Shown: in pieces, positions 62,526-64,000 of the stretch
How the letters are laid out: each line of letters opens with the position of its first letter
How positions within the stretch are numbered: position 1 is the stretch's first letter
Origin: Myxococcota bacterium
GTDB lineage: Bacteria; Myxococcota_A; Bradymonadia; UBA7976; UBA1532
Reading direction: 5' to 3'
NCBI GenBank assembly: GCA_036337435.1
Contig: JAYZEG010000069.1
Coordinates: 14,893 to 78,892, forward strand
Length of the DNA stretch: 64,000 bases
The notes under the pieces: generated by a model
Database searches by the model: none
Told to the model about the DNA's origin: nothing
The model's input: the letters and a program-made list of their open reading frames with translations, nothing else
Translations under genes and position numbers: made by a program

Positions 62526-63734
62526 GTGTCATCGCAAGAACAGATACTCGAGACCAACCTTGCGAATAGTCAAAAGCAAGTTGAGCAACTATCGCAGGAA
62601 GTCCTGGAACTCTACAGACAGGTCAATCTTTTATACCGGCTCGGTGACGTCTTTAGTGCGGGCCTGCAGACCGAGGACGTTTGTGGCGTACTCATGATCG
62701 AGAGTACAAAAGTCGTTCGAGCGCGCTCTGCTTTTGTTCGTTTATCAGATGGTCGCACCTTTGGCCGGCTGTCCACAAACCCTGCATCCAAGTTGAGTGT
62801 TGGCATCGAGACGCCGATGGGGCGTATGGGAGAGATTACACTTTTTGATAAAAAACGGGGGTTCTTTACTGCGGCCGATGAGAAACTGATTAGAGCCGTC
62901 GCTCGACAGGCGGGCGTTGCTCTAGAGAACAGCCGGCGTATTGAAGGACTGATCGAGCAAAACGAAGCTCTTGAGACCTTGAACGACGAGCTTCGTGCAC
63001 TCGACCAGATGAAAAGCGACTTCGTGGGTAATGTGAGTCATGAATTGCGGACGCCGCTCGCCAGCATTAAGGGATTCGCAGCGACCATGCTCGCCGACCA
63101 GGACATGCCCCGTGAAGTTGCCAATGAATTTGTCGGAATTATCAATGACGAGTCAGACAAATTGATCGCGATCATAAACGACTTACTCGATGTTTCCAAA
63201 ATGATGTCTGGGCATATGGATTACCGACTTGCAAAGCAATCACTCACGGAGATCCTGCAGCAAGTTACGGCACTGTTGAAGATTCAGGCCAGAGGCAAAA
63301 ATGTGGACCTCGACTTAGATATCCAGTCGGACATGGATGTGCGAATCGATCCAACTCGGATGCATCAGGTGTTCATTAACCTCGTTGGGAATGCCATCAA
63401 GTTTACGGATGCAGGGTCGGTCAAGATTACGCAATGGACAGATGACGACGGCCTGCATGTGTCCATTGCCGATACGGGCATTGGAATTCCGGCCGACTTA
63501 CTCCCCAACATCTTCGATAAATTTTATCGGGTCGAAAACATAGTCCATACCAAAGAAGGCACCGGACTTGGCCTGGCCTTGGTCCGTGGTATCGTTGATT
63601 ATCATGGGGGGACTGTTGACGTCGAAAGTATCCATGGGGAAGGAACAACTTTTACTGTGCACTTGCCACCGCCCAGGGCGATAGACCATGATTCAAGTAT
63701 CGATGTTGATTCCAAGACTGCGAGACCAGAATGA
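62526..63734 (+). CDS. Cytoplasmic GAF-domain sensor histidine kinase
   Basis: 402-aa ORF (GTG start) with H-box SHELRTPLASIKGF, N box NLVGNAIKFT, and G boxes DTGIGI and GTGLGLALV. Confidence 0.9.
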   Translation: MSSQEQILETNLANSQKQVEQLSQEVLELYRQVNLLYRLGDVFSAGLQTEDVCGVLMIESTKVVRARSAFVRLSDGRTFGRLSTNPASKLSVGIETPMGRMGEITLFDKKRGFFTAADEKLIRAVARQAGVALENSRRIEGLIEQNEALETLNDELRALDQMKSDFVGNVSHELRTPLASIKGFAATMLADQDMPREVANEFVGIINDESDKLIAIINDLLDVSKMMSGHMDYRLAKQSLTEILQQVTALLKIQARGKNVDLDLDIQSDMDVRIDPTRMHQVFINLVGNAIKFTDAGSVKITQWTDDDGLHVSIADTGIGIPADLLPNIFDKFYRVENIVHTKEGTGLGLALVRGIVDYHGGTVDVESIHGEGTTFTVHLPPPRAIDHDSSIDVDSKTARPE

Positions 63735-64000
63735 GCAAGAATGTCCTGATTGTCGATGACGAAAACTACATCCGGCTTTTGTTGAGGCGAACTCTCGAAG
63801 ATTTTGAGTTTGCCGGCGTTGAAATACGTATGGCGTCGGACGGACAAGCTGGTCTAGATGCTGCACGAGAACGCCGCCCTGACCTGATGTTTCTTGACCT
63901 CATGATGCCGACGATGGATGGACATCAAGTCTGTCTCGAATTGAAGGGAGATCCGCAGTATCGAGATATACCCATCGTGATTTTGACAGCAAAAGGCCAG
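63731..64000 (+). CDS. Response regulator receiver domain (partial; runs off the right edge)
   Basis: ATGA overlap with the kinase stop. MSKNVLIVDDENYIRLLL...PDLMFLDLMMPTMDG...IPIVILTAKGQ contains the receiver-domain acidic pocket, phospho-Asp and conserved Thr/Lys contexts. Confidence 0.9.
   Translation, partial: MSKNVLIVDDENYIRLLLRRTLEDFEFAGVEIRMASDGQAGLDAARERRPDLMFLDLMMPTMDGHQVCLELKGDPQYRDIPIVILTAKGQ

Noticed and set aside
1-64000. Evidence for a mobile element, prophage, genomic island or known defence system (integrase, transposase, tRNA-flanked insertion, terminal inverted repeats, RM/TA/Cas-type genes).
   Set aside because: No such genes or boundary repeats were recognised. Coding density and strand organisation look like core chromosome. 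Compositional analysis (GC skew, k-mer) could not be computed here.

Overview
This is a densely coding 64-kb chromosomal window with about 56 protein-coding genes. I found no rRNA, tRNA, CRISPR array, transposase or integrase. The gene content suggests a Myxococcota-like (deltaproteobacterial) organism, but that taxonomy is inference only. The evidence is two proteins ending in MYXO-CTERM-type sorting tails, PEGA, TPR, Ser/Thr-kinase-like and ECF-sigma genes, a consensus sigma-54 promoter, and a complete MoxR/DUF58/BatA-E operon. Housekeeping and metabolic genes are a thiolase plus FadB/J-like pair at the left edge, leuS, putA, glk, ggt, lpxC, a 4-gene acyl-CoA operon with RidA, and a HutF-like amidohydrolase. 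The candidates most worth a second look are these. (1) A tightly coupled minus-strand operon (4534-7133) encodes a Tat-exported Rieske protein, a signal-peptide + single-CXXCH + beta-barrel protein (Cyc2-like cytochrome-porin architecture), a YceI protein and a small membrane protein, followed by a predicted pseudokinase. (2) An HTTM (gamma-carboxylase-like) domain is fused to a DCC/DUF393 thiol-disulfide oxidoreductase, next to a sulfotransferase. (3) An ECF sigma/anti-sigma pair lies behind a perfect sigma-54 -24/-12 element, has a G8 tract at the sigma/anti-sigma junction, and is flanked by two very large Cys-rich MYXO-CTERM proteins. (4) A lipoprotein is built from five copies of an unrecognised 6-Cys repeat, the last two nearly identical at DNA level. 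(5) A C10/G10 homopolymer sits inside a gene of the translationally coupled Bat operon. (6) Two large kinase-like proteins have lost all canonical catalytic motifs. All functional calls come from motif reading of the supplied translations; no database search was possible.
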